The notes: generated by a model not told the origin, from the sequence alone. Shown: positions 1-8,144, counted from the first letter of the stretch. The stretch is DNA of 64,000 nucleotides from a candidate division FCPU426 bacterium (GCA_963847625.1 CAWKAR010000052.1:32001-96000); one strand, 5' to 3'. Numbers and translations are program-made.

Positions 1-2
1 GC

Positions 3-191
3 GCTGGCGTCAAAGTTGTGTTGTACCAGCCCTATTACGACGCCGACGCGGCCGAGGCACTGGCCAAAAAGGCGGACGCCACGGCCTATGAAATCCCCAA
101 CGAAGTGGGCGGGGTGCCGGAAGCCAAGGATGTCTTTTCCAAATTCGACTTCATTGTGTCGGTCTTGGTCAAAGGTTTTGGGGATAAATAA
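3..191 (+). CDS. 3' end of a metal ABC transporter substrate-binding protein (ZnuA/TroA-like), truncated by the window edge
   Basis: Manual translation of frame 3 gives AGVKVVLYQPYYDADAAEALAKKADATAYEIPNEVGGVPEAKDVFSKFDFIVSVLVKGFGDK*, resembling cluster A-I SBP C-termini; stops 5 nt before a ZnuB-like permease. Confidence 0.65.
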   Translation, partial: AGVKVVLYQPYYDADAAEALAKKADATAYEIPNEVGGVPEAKDVFSKFDFIVSVLVKGFGDK

Positions 192-196
192 GAACT

Positions 197-1036
197 ATGT
201 CAGACTTTATTGCCGTGATGGGGCTTCCGATCCTGGCTTGTGTTTTATTGGTCCTGATCCATCCCGCCTTGGGAACGCATGTTTTGGCCCGGGGCGTCAT
301 ATTCGTGGATCTGGCCTTGGCCCAAATCGCCGCCATGGGGCAAAGCGTGGCTTTCCTCATGGGGGCCGAACCCCTTGACCCGAGCACTTATTATTGGTCT
401 TTTGCCTTCACCTTGCTGGGCGCGGCGCTTTTCAGTTTCCTGTGGGACCGGAACCATTCGGTCCTGCAGGAAGCCTTTATTGGAATCGCCTTCTCGCTTG
501 CCACTGCGGCTTCCCTCCTGCTTTTAGCCAATGCGCCACACGGGGCCGAGCACGTGGCGCATACTCTCAATGGCGAGGCCTTGGGCTGGGTGACGGCCAA
601 GGACATTGCTTTGATGGCCTTCTTTTATGCCATCGTGGGGTTGTTCCTTTTTTGGAACCGGAAGACCCTCGTCCTTTGTTCCACCAACCCCCAGGAAGCC
701 TACCGCCAGGGCCTTTCGGTGAAACTCTGGGATTTCCTTTTTTACGCCGCTTTCGGGTTGGTTGTCACCAGCTCAGTGAAGATAAGCGGTGTACTGGCCG
801 TTTTTTCTTATTTGATCGTTCCCCTGGTTTGCGCCACTCTTTTGGGGCGTAAGGGTTCCACCCGCCTTTACTGGGCTTGGGGCATTGGCCTTTTGGCCTC
901 TATTCTAGGCGCCTGGTTGTCCTATACCCGGGATCTTCCAATGGGTGCCACCATTGTTTGCGTTTTTGGGCTGGCGGTCATCGTGATTTCCATCGCGACC
1001 CGGATGAAAAATTTCGACTACGGAAGTTTGAAATAA
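197..1036 (+). CDS. Metal ABC transporter permease (ZnuB/ABC-3 family)
   Basis: LGTHVLARGVIFVDLALAQIAAMG motif; multiple TM segments; GVLAVFSYLIVP; DLPMGATIV. Confidence 0.9.
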   Translation: MSDFIAVMGLPILACVLLVLIHPALGTHVLARGVIFVDLALAQIAAMGQSVAFLMGAEPLDPSTYYWSFAFTLLGAALFSFLWDRNHSVLQEAFIGIAFSLATAASLLLLANAPHGAEHVAHTLNGEALGWVTAKDIALMAFFYAIVGLFLFWNRKTLVLCSTNPQEAYRQGLSVKLWDFLFYAAFGLVVTSSVKISGVLAVFSYLIVPLVCATLLGRKGSTRLYWAWGIGLLASILGAWLSYTRDLPMGATIVCVFGLAVIVISIATRMKNFDYGSLK

Positions 1037-1179
1037 AAAAGCCATTGGACCCTCCTGAACAGAAAGATTTTTTAAAGTAGGATCATCGGATTGTCTTGCG
1101 GCGGCTAGATGTGGTTATTCGGGAATAGTGGCCTTATCCTAAGGAGGATTATCATGAAATTCAGCCAAAATCCGTTGAA

Positions 1180-1896
1180 ATGAAACATCTTATTCTTGGA
1201 GGAAGTTTAATCTTATTCATTGCCGCACCATTCTGTTTGGCTGCGGAATTACCTCTTCCTTCCCTAGAATCCCCAGGGAATATTTTCATCCGTCAGAGGG
1301 TTGGAGATTTCAAGGTCTTTAAGGCAGCCTTTCAAAGCCAACGGGGTTTCAAGGCCAATGGTTTTTCCGCCTACAGCCTCCACCGCGACCTGAAGGATTC
1401 CCAGGCACTGATCCTGACCCTGAAATGTTCCAACCTGGGAAAAGGCCTCTCGTTTATCCGTTCCAAGGGTTATAAGACCGCCATGAAAAAGGCAGGGGTC
1501 AAGGACTCCGTCCTATGGTTTGGGGCGGACGTCACCTCCCGCCAATACAGGGAGCTTCCCCCGAAACCCGCAGGAATCGTGATCGCCCGCAACCAATTGA
1601 TCTCCTTTAAGTATTGGATGGCCTTCTACAATGCGGAACATGACACACAACACGGTGGAAAGAAGCCGCACCCAAGCGAAAACTACCATGTGGGGCGGCA
1701 GTATAAAGCTGGTAACTACAGCATCCACCGAGGTTTTGGAAAACCGGATTCTACCATTGTGGTTCATGAGGCTTCGGATGTATCCAAGGCCCCGGCCTTT
1801 ATGAATTCAGCTCCCATGAAAATCATGCAAAAACCTTTGGGTATTACGCGTTTTGAAGTTTGGTACGGCTACAACCTAGAGCAGGGTTCTTTCTAA
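1180..1896 (+). CDS. Hypothetical exported protein with two tandem small alpha/beta (ABM/cyclase-like) domains
   Basis: Signal-peptide-like N-terminus (MKHLILGGSLILFIAAPFCLA); internal duplication YSLHRDLKD...MKKAGV versus YSIHRGFGK...MQKPLGI. Confidence 0.6.
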   Translation: MKHLILGGSLILFIAAPFCLAAELPLPSLESPGNIFIRQRVGDFKVFKAAFQSQRGFKANGFSAYSLHRDLKDSQALILTLKCSNLGKGLSFIRSKGYKTAMKKAGVKDSVLWFGADVTSRQYRELPPKPAGIVIARNQLISFKYWMAFYNAEHDTQHGGKKPHPSENYHVGRQYKAGNYSIHRGFGKPDSTIVVHEASDVSKAPAFMNSAPMKIMQKPLGITRFEVWYGYNLEQGSF

Positions 1897-1912
1897 ATCA
1901 AAGGTAAGCTCT

Positions 1913-2020
1913 ATGATGGCTCTGGAGGGGATCAACCAAAGGTGGCGGAAGAGGTTCGAGAAACAGTCACCGCACTACATGACCCAGCTCAGGGGCCTGC
2001 TCGTCGCCCGGGTGCCCTGA
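1913..2020 (+). pseudogene. Decayed C-terminal fragment of a UmuC-like Y-family polymerase (DUF4113-like)
   Basis: Translates to MMALEGINQRWRKRFEKQSPHYMTQLRGLLVARVP*, resembling the UmuC tail pattern LMxxLDxINxRW...WxMRxExxSPxYTTxWxxLLVA with an internal deletion. Confidence 0.55.
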
Positions 2021-2152
2021 ACCAGGAATGGCCAACTGGAAAGTCTTGATAGGTGGCAACCGGTATGAAAAATATAAAAATCGTATGATGGGCATCATAA
2101 TTGTTCGATTTCTTCATTGAATACACTTTGCCCCACTGGAGGTTGATCCGGC

Positions 2153-2566
2153 ATGACCCAACTTCACCGTTTCAGTTTTTCCATCGAGAAATCTCTGGCG
2201 GATAAGCTCGAACGGATGATTCAGGAAAGCCATTATGAGAACCGTTCCGAGTTCATCCGGGATTTAGTGCGTGGGAAAATGGTGGCCGATGAATGGGAAA
2301 CGGAGGGAGAAGCTCTGGGAACGATCTCCTTGCTGTACGACCATCATAAGAGGCTCTTGAGCGAGAAGCTCATTGAGGTCCAGCATCACCATGCGGCCAA
2401 GGTATTGGCCTGTACACATGTTCATTTGGACGAACGAATCTGTGCGGAAATGATAATGGTTAAGGGGAAAGCAGTGGAAATTCGGCACTTATTTGATCAT
2501 ATGCGCCAAGAAAAGGGTGTTCTTCACGCGGCTCTTTCTCTTAGTTCAACGGGAAAGAAGATGTAA
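2153..2566 (+). CDS. nikR: Nickel-responsive transcriptional regulator NikR
   Basis: RHH N-terminus (RFSFSIEKSL...YENRSEFIRDLVR); YDHH; Ni ligands in QHHH...THVHLDERICAE. Confidence 0.95.
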   Translation: MTQLHRFSFSIEKSLADKLERMIQESHYENRSEFIRDLVRGKMVADEWETEGEALGTISLLYDHHKRLLSEKLIEVQHHHAAKVLACTHVHLDERICAEMIMVKGKAVEIRHLFDHMRQEKGVLHAALSLSSTGKKM

Positions 2567-2581
2567 ATTTTTTTGCTCTTG

Positions 2582-2612
2582 AAGTATTACGAATATAAAA
2601 AAGGTAATACTT
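2582..2612. promoter_or_regulatory. Putative NikR operator
   Basis: Perfect inverted repeat AAGTATTAC-N13-GTAATACTT with an AT-rich spacer, between nikR and the TonB-dependent receptor gene; geometry matches known NikR operators. Confidence 0.8.
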
Positions 2613-2666
2613 AAAGGTGACGTATGAAGATTTAGCCGCGAAATTTTTTGTGTTTATGAGAGTGCT

Positions 2667-4694
2667 GTGGAAAAAATTATTATTAAAACGCAAAGGAGCT
2701 TCAAAATGGGATTGCGATTCGGACGGATAGCAGCTCTGATTCTTTTGGCGGGGTATATGTTCTACGGGACAACCGCAAAGGCAGATGATCAGACGGTTGC
2801 GACTCCGAACAATCAAGAAGAAACAAAACCGGTATCCCAAGCGGATAAATCATCATCCTCGCCGGTCACCCTGCCAGAGGTTCTTGTCACCTCGCCACCC
2901 TTGACGGACGTCAATCCAACCCGCTACGGCGATGAAGTGGATACGGTTTCCTCCGGGCAGTTAGACGACCTGAACGCGCAAGACCTTCCCACGGCCCTCA
3001 GGCGGGTTCCTGGCGTCATCATATCCCAATACAATGAAATCGGAAATTATGGGGGGGGTGACGGCGGATCGATTTACCTAAGGGGCCAAGGCTCAGGACG
3101 TCCCGGTGCTGAGATTACCACAATGGTGGACGGCATTCCTCGATTCGCGGGGGTCTGGACACATCCTTTAATGGATCTTTTGCCTGTTAATAATGCCAAC
3201 GAAATCGAGGTCTATAAGAGTACTCAGCCCGTGTTTCTCGGCAATATGGGCTTTGGGGCGATCAATGTGGTCCCCAAGTCTATGGATCAGCCCGGGTTCG
3301 AGACCCAGCTCCAATCCGAAGCCGGAGCCAACCAAACCTACATCCAGTGTTTGGAACACGGTGGTAAAACTGGCGACATTGATTACTATTTAACGGGCGG
3401 TCATTGGATTAGCGACGGTATCAGGGCGAACTCTAATGGCGAAGTATACGAAGGTTCAGCCCGCTTGGGCGTCAATTTGGGTTCCGGTGTCACCGCTTCC
3501 GGTTACCTGGAATACAACAATTCCTCGACAGACGATCCAGGTGAAGTGGGTGTCGTCCCCTTGCCCATCACCCAAAACTTCATGTTTGATTCCACCCTTA
3601 TGATCCTCACTCTTTCCCACCAGGATGGACCTTGGAGCGGTTCCGTGAAGGGCTACTGGGACCAGACCCACATCAATTGGTACGAGTGGGATTATAACAA
3701 CCTGTCAGCCTACAACAGCAATGCTTGGAGCAGCAATTATGGCTGTCACCTAAAGGAAAAATGGGCTTCCGACGGAACCGAGATTTTGTTGGGATTTGAC
3801 AATGATTATTACGGTGGCCATACCCAAGATATATATTCCAACACGGTGTTAGACGATTCCTCCAATCCGCCTCAATTTGCCAACAACGCCCCCTATGCGA
3901 TGCTGAGCCAGTCTTTTGAACTGGGTGGAGGGGTGACGCTGACTCCGTCAGCCGGTGTCCGGTACAATATCAGCCGTTATTTTGGTTCCATTGCCGGACC
4001 CCAGGCCGGACTGAAGTTAGACGATTCCGCCGATAGCTACTATTTCGGCTACGCTCACGGCTTCAATTATCCCGGTGTTTACGTGGCGATCATGTCCCCC
4101 CAGCAGTGGCAGAACTTGCAAGCCGAGATAGATGACCATCTGGAAGTGGGCTGGAACCGGAAATTCTCAAAGGTATTTTCCACCAACCTAGCTGTTTTCA
4201 GGGACGACGTTTCCAACGCGATCCGGGTAAGTTTTCCTCCGCCGACCTTCAGCCTGGACTTTCAGAATATCGGCAGTTACCGGTCCCAAGGAATTGAGTT
4301 GGATATTCAATGGACGCCTAAAAACCTTCCACAGTGGTTTGTGGGCTGGACTTACCTAGATACCACCCCGGCCGACGTGCCGAATGCTCCCCAATGGACT
4401 TTTCAAAGCGGCATGAATGCGGACATCGCGGATTTATTCCGCTTGAACTTGGACATCCAGTATGTCAGTCGGCAGAATACGATCAATCCCCGTTTCCCAG
4501 GAGCGGACGTTTATGTCGATGGGTACATTGTTTTAAATGGAAAGTTGGCCTATTCCCTCGGCCCCAAAGCGACTAAAAATAATACCGAAATATTTGTAGC
4601 CTGCGAAAATATCGGTGCAGAGGATTATGAATTTCGTCCCGGGTATCCTATGGCGAAGGACGCTTGGTTGGCGGGATTGGATTACAAATTTTAA
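2667..4694 (+). CDS. TonB-dependent outer-membrane receptor (probable Ni/Co or metal-chelate uptake)
   Basis: Signal peptide; TonB box LPEVLVTS; plug motifs ALRRVPGV, IYLRGQG, MVDGIP, IEVYKS; C-terminal LDYKF; start may be 2667 GTG or 2706 ATG. Confidence 0.9.
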   Translation: MEKIIIKTQRSFKMGLRFGRIAALILLAGYMFYGTTAKADDQTVATPNNQEETKPVSQADKSSSSPVTLPEVLVTSPPLTDVNPTRYGDEVDTVSSGQLDDLNAQDLPTALRRVPGVIISQYNEIGNYGGGDGGSIYLRGQGSGRPGAEITTMVDGIPRFAGVWTHPLMDLLPVNNANEIEVYKSTQPVFLGNMGFGAINVVPKSMDQPGFETQLQSEAGANQTYIQCLEHGGKTGDIDYYLTGGHWISDGIRANSNGEVYEGSARLGVNLGSGVTASGYLEYNNSSTDDPGEVGVVPLPITQNFMFDSTLMILTLSHQDGPWSGSVKGYWDQTHINWYEWDYNNLSAYNSNAWSSNYGCHLKEKWASDGTEILLGFDNDYYGGHTQDIYSNTVLDDSSNPPQFANNAPYAMLSQSFELGGGVTLTPSAGVRYNISRYFGSIAGPQAGLKLDDSADSYYFGYAHGFNYPGVYVAIMSPQQWQNLQAEIDDHLEVGWNRKFSKVFSTNLAVFRDDVSNAIRVSFPPPTFSLDFQNIGSYRSQGIELDIQWTPKNLPQWFVGWTYLDTTPADVPNAPQWTFQSGMNADIADLFRLNLDIQYVSRQNTINPRFPGADVYVDGYIVLNGKLAYSLGPKATKNNTEIFVACENIGAEDYEFRPGYPMAKDAWLAGLDYKF

Positions 4695-4732
4695 AACAGG
4701 TATTTCCATAATCAACAGGGTCTTTTAACCCG

Positions 4733-4768
4733 AGAGAAGGATGTCTCAGGGGCATCCTTCTCTTTTTT
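4733..4768 (+). terminator. Intrinsic terminator after the receptor gene
   Basis: AGAGAAGGATGTC-TCAGG-GGCATCCTTCTCT stem followed by a T run. Confidence 0.75.
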
Positions 4769-4799
4769 GCTCGTTTGAAACTCAAAAAGAGGGCTTTCT

Positions 4800-5627
4800 A
4801 TGTGTTTAAGGAAATTCAAATTTTTTATGTTTTGTTTATTCAGTTCCGCTTTCCTCCAGTCTTCTTTCCCCAAGGATAATCCGGCAGTCCCTTTTCGTAT
4901 CGGTGTCTCTACCACTATGTTGGAGGCGGCTATAAACGAATGGGCTCCGAGGAATGGCGAAATTGAGATCATTACTCTGATTCCAGCCGGTTCCTGTCCC
5001 GGCTATTTCGATATACGCGCCAGGGATTTGGACCGCCTCAAAGGAATAGGGCTATTCATCAGGCACGATTACCAGGATTTTTTAGACGAAAGGTTGAAAA
5101 GTTTATCAAAAGGGAAAATCAGGATTTTTACCGCGAAGTCCCCTGAAAGTTTCCTAATTCCCAACCAATTCGCGGCTTTAGTGAAAGAAACAGCTTTACT
5201 GGCCTCAAATGTCTATCCCGAAAACAAGATGAAATGGATGGGGAACACCGCCCGGTCTCAGGAACAACTCTTGAAACTGCATCAAACCGTACTCAAAAGG
5301 ATTGGCCGAATGAAGGGAATTCCGGTAATAGCATCAGAGATGCAGAAGAGTTTTTGCGATTACTTGGGACTTAAAGTGTTGGGAACACTGGCGAGACCGG
5401 AAGACGTTACTCCCCAGGAGTACCGGAAACTTCTGGGGGCAAAAGCTAGGATCGTTATTGGGAACTTACAGGAGGGCGAACAGGCCGCCCGATCCCTGGC
5501 GGAAAAGATGGGGATACCCGCCGTTATCTTTTCCAATTTTCCAGGTGCCGTTGGTTATGGACACACGTATGAGGAGTTGATTGAAAAAAACCTGCAAAAA
5601 TTGGAGACGGCTTGCCCTCCCCGATAG
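4800..5627 (+). CDS. Metal ABC transporter substrate-binding protein (ZnuA-like, CPG variant)
   Basis: IGVSTTML...LIPAGSCPGYFDI; operon context with ATPase and permease. Confidence 0.8.
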   Translation: MCLRKFKFFMFCLFSSAFLQSSFPKDNPAVPFRIGVSTTMLEAAINEWAPRNGEIEIITLIPAGSCPGYFDIRARDLDRLKGIGLFIRHDYQDFLDERLKSLSKGKIRIFTAKSPESFLIPNQFAALVKETALLASNVYPENKMKWMGNTARSQEQLLKLHQTVLKRIGRMKGIPVIASEMQKSFCDYLGLKVLGTLARPEDVTPQEYRKLLGAKARIVIGNLQEGEQAARSLAEKMGIPAVIFSNFPGAVGYGHTYEELIEKNLQKLETACPPR

Positions 5628-6376
5628 CGGAATTAAAAAATCTGGTAGTTCCATTCACTGAGGGCCGACAATTAGGCCCGATCAACCTGCATATCCATCC
5701 CGGGGAATTATGGGGTGTGGTAGGCCCAAATGGCGCGGGTAAAAGCACCCTTCTGCACGTATTAGCGGGTCTTCGAAAACCCAGCAATGGAACCTGCATC
5801 AATGTAATCAAGCCCACCATCGGGATCATTTTCCAACATCAAGATTTTCGACCAGACCTTCCCTTTACCGTGGAAGACGTTGTTTTTTTCGGGAGAATTG
5901 GAAGCCTGAGATTAGGGAAACCATGGACCGAGCATGACCACCAAGCCGTCGAAAAAGCGCTCCGGTTGACGGGCTTGAGGGGTTTCAAAAAGCGCCTTTA
6001 CCGGGAACTCTCGGGCGGGGAACGCCGGCAAGTCCAGATCGCCAGACTTGCCGCACAGGAAGCCGACTTGTTTCTTCTGGACGAACCTGCCGCCGGACTG
6101 GACCTTCCTTGGCAAGAAAAACTCATTCATCTCATTTCGGGCCTCTATCTCAGGACAAAACCTGCTGTGGTCATGGTCACGCACGAGATCCATCACCTGC
6201 CCGCCGAATGCAATCATGTCATGCTGTTGAAAGACGGGAAGCCGATCTTTACGGGCAGTCCTGCCCAGGCTTTTCAATCCTACAGGTTAAAAATGCTTTA
6301 CGGTTGCCCGATGAAAGTTGAAAAAACCAGGGGACGTTATGGAGCATATGCTTTGGGTCCGGGTGCCTTCAAATGA
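5612..6376 (+). CDS. Metal ABC transporter ATP-binding protein (ZnuC-like)
   Basis: Walker A GPNGAGKST, signature LSGGE, Walker B LLDEP, H-loop VTHE. Confidence 0.93.
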   Translation: MPSPIAELKNLVVPFTEGRQLGPINLHIHPGELWGVVGPNGAGKSTLLHVLAGLRKPSNGTCINVIKPTIGIIFQHQDFRPDLPFTVEDVVFFGRIGSLRLGKPWTEHDHQAVEKALRLTGLRGFKKRLYRELSGGERRQVQIARLAAQEADLFLLDEPAAGLDLPWQEKLIHLISGLYLRTKPAVVMVTHEIHHLPAECNHVMLLKDGKPIFTGSPAQAFQSYRLKMLYGCPMKVEKTRGRYGAYALGPGAFK

Positions 6377-7173
6377 ACTTCTTCCAATCCTTCGGACAAG
6401 TCATGGTCGCCGCAGTTTTGGGAGGCGCGCTTTGTGGGTTGGTTGGCGCTTTCCTTTTGGGATTGAGGATGCCGTTCCTAGCGGTTTTTGCTTCCCATGC
6501 GGCGTTGGCCGGAGCGGTGTTCGGGGACCTGTTAGGTTGGCCACATGGAATTTCTGGTTTTCTGGGTGCATTACTTGGAGCTAGTTTGTTGGGATGGCTG
6601 ATGAATAAAAGACGGATCGAGGGTAACGCCGCCATCGGCGCGCTCTTTACCCTTTCAATGGCATTGGTATTCCTGGGAATGGCTTTTTTCAAGGGGCCTA
6701 AATCAGCCCAACTCAGCCTCTTGTGGGGAAGCCTGCTTTTTGTGAGTTGGAGCCAGGCCATCATGATGGGCGTTCTTATGGTATTGTTCCTGGTCTTTTA
6801 TTTCTTGTTTGAAAAGGAACTTAAACTTCTCCTGTTCGACCGCCAACTGGCCGCCGTGGTCTTGCCTGAAGGTCTTCTCTTAACGGCGCTTTTGTGTTTC
6901 GCCTCAGGCACGGTGGCCGTTAATTTGGAAACCGTTGGTGGATTGCTTCTCTACAGCCTTCTCTTTAACCCTCCCGTGGCCGCCGCGAGGTTATGTGGAA
7001 GCTTCAGGACGACCCTATGGATGAGCGCCTTATTAGGGGCGACGAGCGCCCTTTTGGGATTCGGTGTTGCCTATATCCTGGATTTACCGGTGGGGGCATG
7101 TATCGGCCTTGTTTCAAGTGTTTTATTGGGACTGGTTTTGGGATTTACGAAGCAGCAGAAAATACAGGGATGA
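6373..7173 (+). CDS. Metal ABC transporter permease (ZnuB-like)
   Basis: SHAALAGA, LLWGSLLFV, VGGLLLYSLLFNPP, DLPVGACI; ATGA overlap with the ATPase. Confidence 0.9.
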   Translation: MNFFQSFGQVMVAAVLGGALCGLVGAFLLGLRMPFLAVFASHAALAGAVFGDLLGWPHGISGFLGALLGASLLGWLMNKRRIEGNAAIGALFTLSMALVFLGMAFFKGPKSAQLSLLWGSLLFVSWSQAIMMGVLMVLFLVFYFLFEKELKLLLFDRQLAAVVLPEGLLLTALLCFASGTVAVNLETVGGLLLYSLLFNPPVAAARLCGSFRTTLWMSALLGATSALLGFGVAYILDLPVGACIGLVSSVLLGLVLGFTKQQKIQG

Positions 7174-7185
7174 AAGTGTGAATGA

Positions 7186-7797
7186 ATGGATACACAAGAT
7201 AAAATCCTAGGAAAGTTTTTCGATGAGGCAGTTTCTCATGGGGCGATGGTCTCTTTTTCTCCGGAAGAGGAAGCGAAGTTGGAACCGCTGATAAAGCTTT
7301 GGAAGTTGAAGCCGGGTGAAAGAATTTTTGAACCGGGATGCGGATCTGGGCGGCTTACCGAAAGATTGATTCAATTCGTGCTTCCCAGAGGGGGAGTTTG
7401 GGGCGTGGATCTCTCACCGGAAATGATAGAAGTTGCCAAAAAACGAAATCTTCCGCATCAGGTTTCGTTTTCGGTTGGTACAGCAGATACTCTATCCCAT
7501 GCAGATTGTTTTTTTGACCGGATAATTTGTTTTAACGCGTATCCCCATTTTTTAGATACTCAAAAGACACTCAAAGAATTCCGAAGGGTGTTAAAGCCAG
7601 AAGGCGAGTTTTGGATCGTCCATACTCAAAGTCGCGAAGAACTTAATCAATTCCACAGCCAACTTTCCAAGGTTGTGGCTCATCACCATTTGCCTGAGCG
7701 CAAGGATTTGGAAACGGAGTTTCAAAAAGCAGGGTTTAAAATCGAATTTTTCGAGAATGGTCCGAGAGGTTATTGGGTTTTGGCTGTATTGGGTTAA
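7186..7797 (+). CDS. Class I SAM-dependent methyltransferase
   Basis: FEPGCGSG motif I, GVDLSPEMI, FDRIIC, RRVLKPEG. Confidence 0.9.
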   Translation: MDTQDKILGKFFDEAVSHGAMVSFSPEEEAKLEPLIKLWKLKPGERIFEPGCGSGRLTERLIQFVLPRGGVWGVDLSPEMIEVAKKRNLPHQVSFSVGTADTLSHADCFFDRIICFNAYPHFLDTQKTLKEFRRVLKPEGEFWIVHTQSREELNQFHSQLSKVVAHHHLPERKDLETEFQKAGFKIEFFENGPRGYWVLAVLG

Positions 7798-8099
7798 ATC
7801 TTAAATCGTCCACGACGGGGGCATTCGGAAACGAAAAAATCATCAATTTTCAGACCATGACCCCATTTTGGAGGAAATATTTTTGGTGGAGTCCGGGGAG
7901 CGAAATTTTGATAGACACGGATAAGACACTCGTGCAGAATCAGTCTCTCTTTGGGAGTAGCGATTTGAAAAAGCCTTTAAGTTTCAAGGGTATTTTCCGA
8001 TAATTGGTGAGTCATAAAAATCTGACCTGCCGCCATTATCACGGCAGGTCGATGTGGCATGTGAAGGGCTTGATATAAGCATAAAAAAGGAGCAAGTTT

Positions 8100-8144
8100 C
8101 TTGTAAGCGGCAGGTCACCGGTCCGAATCCGGTCGCCAGCTCCA
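8100..8144 (+). mobile_element. Displaced 3' half of tRNA-Thr(TGT); probable att boundary of an integrated island
   Basis: CTTGTAA anticodon loop, GCGGC, AGGTC, T-arm ACCGG-TCCGAAT-CCGGT, acceptor CGCCAGC-T-CCA; no matching 5' half upstream. Confidence 0.8.

Noticed and set aside
2062..2100. Second NikR operator upstream of nikR
   Set aside because: GTATGA half-sites are present, but the partner half-sites are poor or wrongly spaced; the TATGATG-GG-CATCATA palindrome has the wrong geometry
7773..8003. 76-aa ORF as an integrase remnant
   Set aside because: No recognisable recombinase motifs; it overlaps att-like non-coding sequence
8069..8144. Intact tRNA-Thr(TGT)
   Set aside because: No 5' acceptor strand or D-arm, the anticodon stem is broken and the T-loop is mutated
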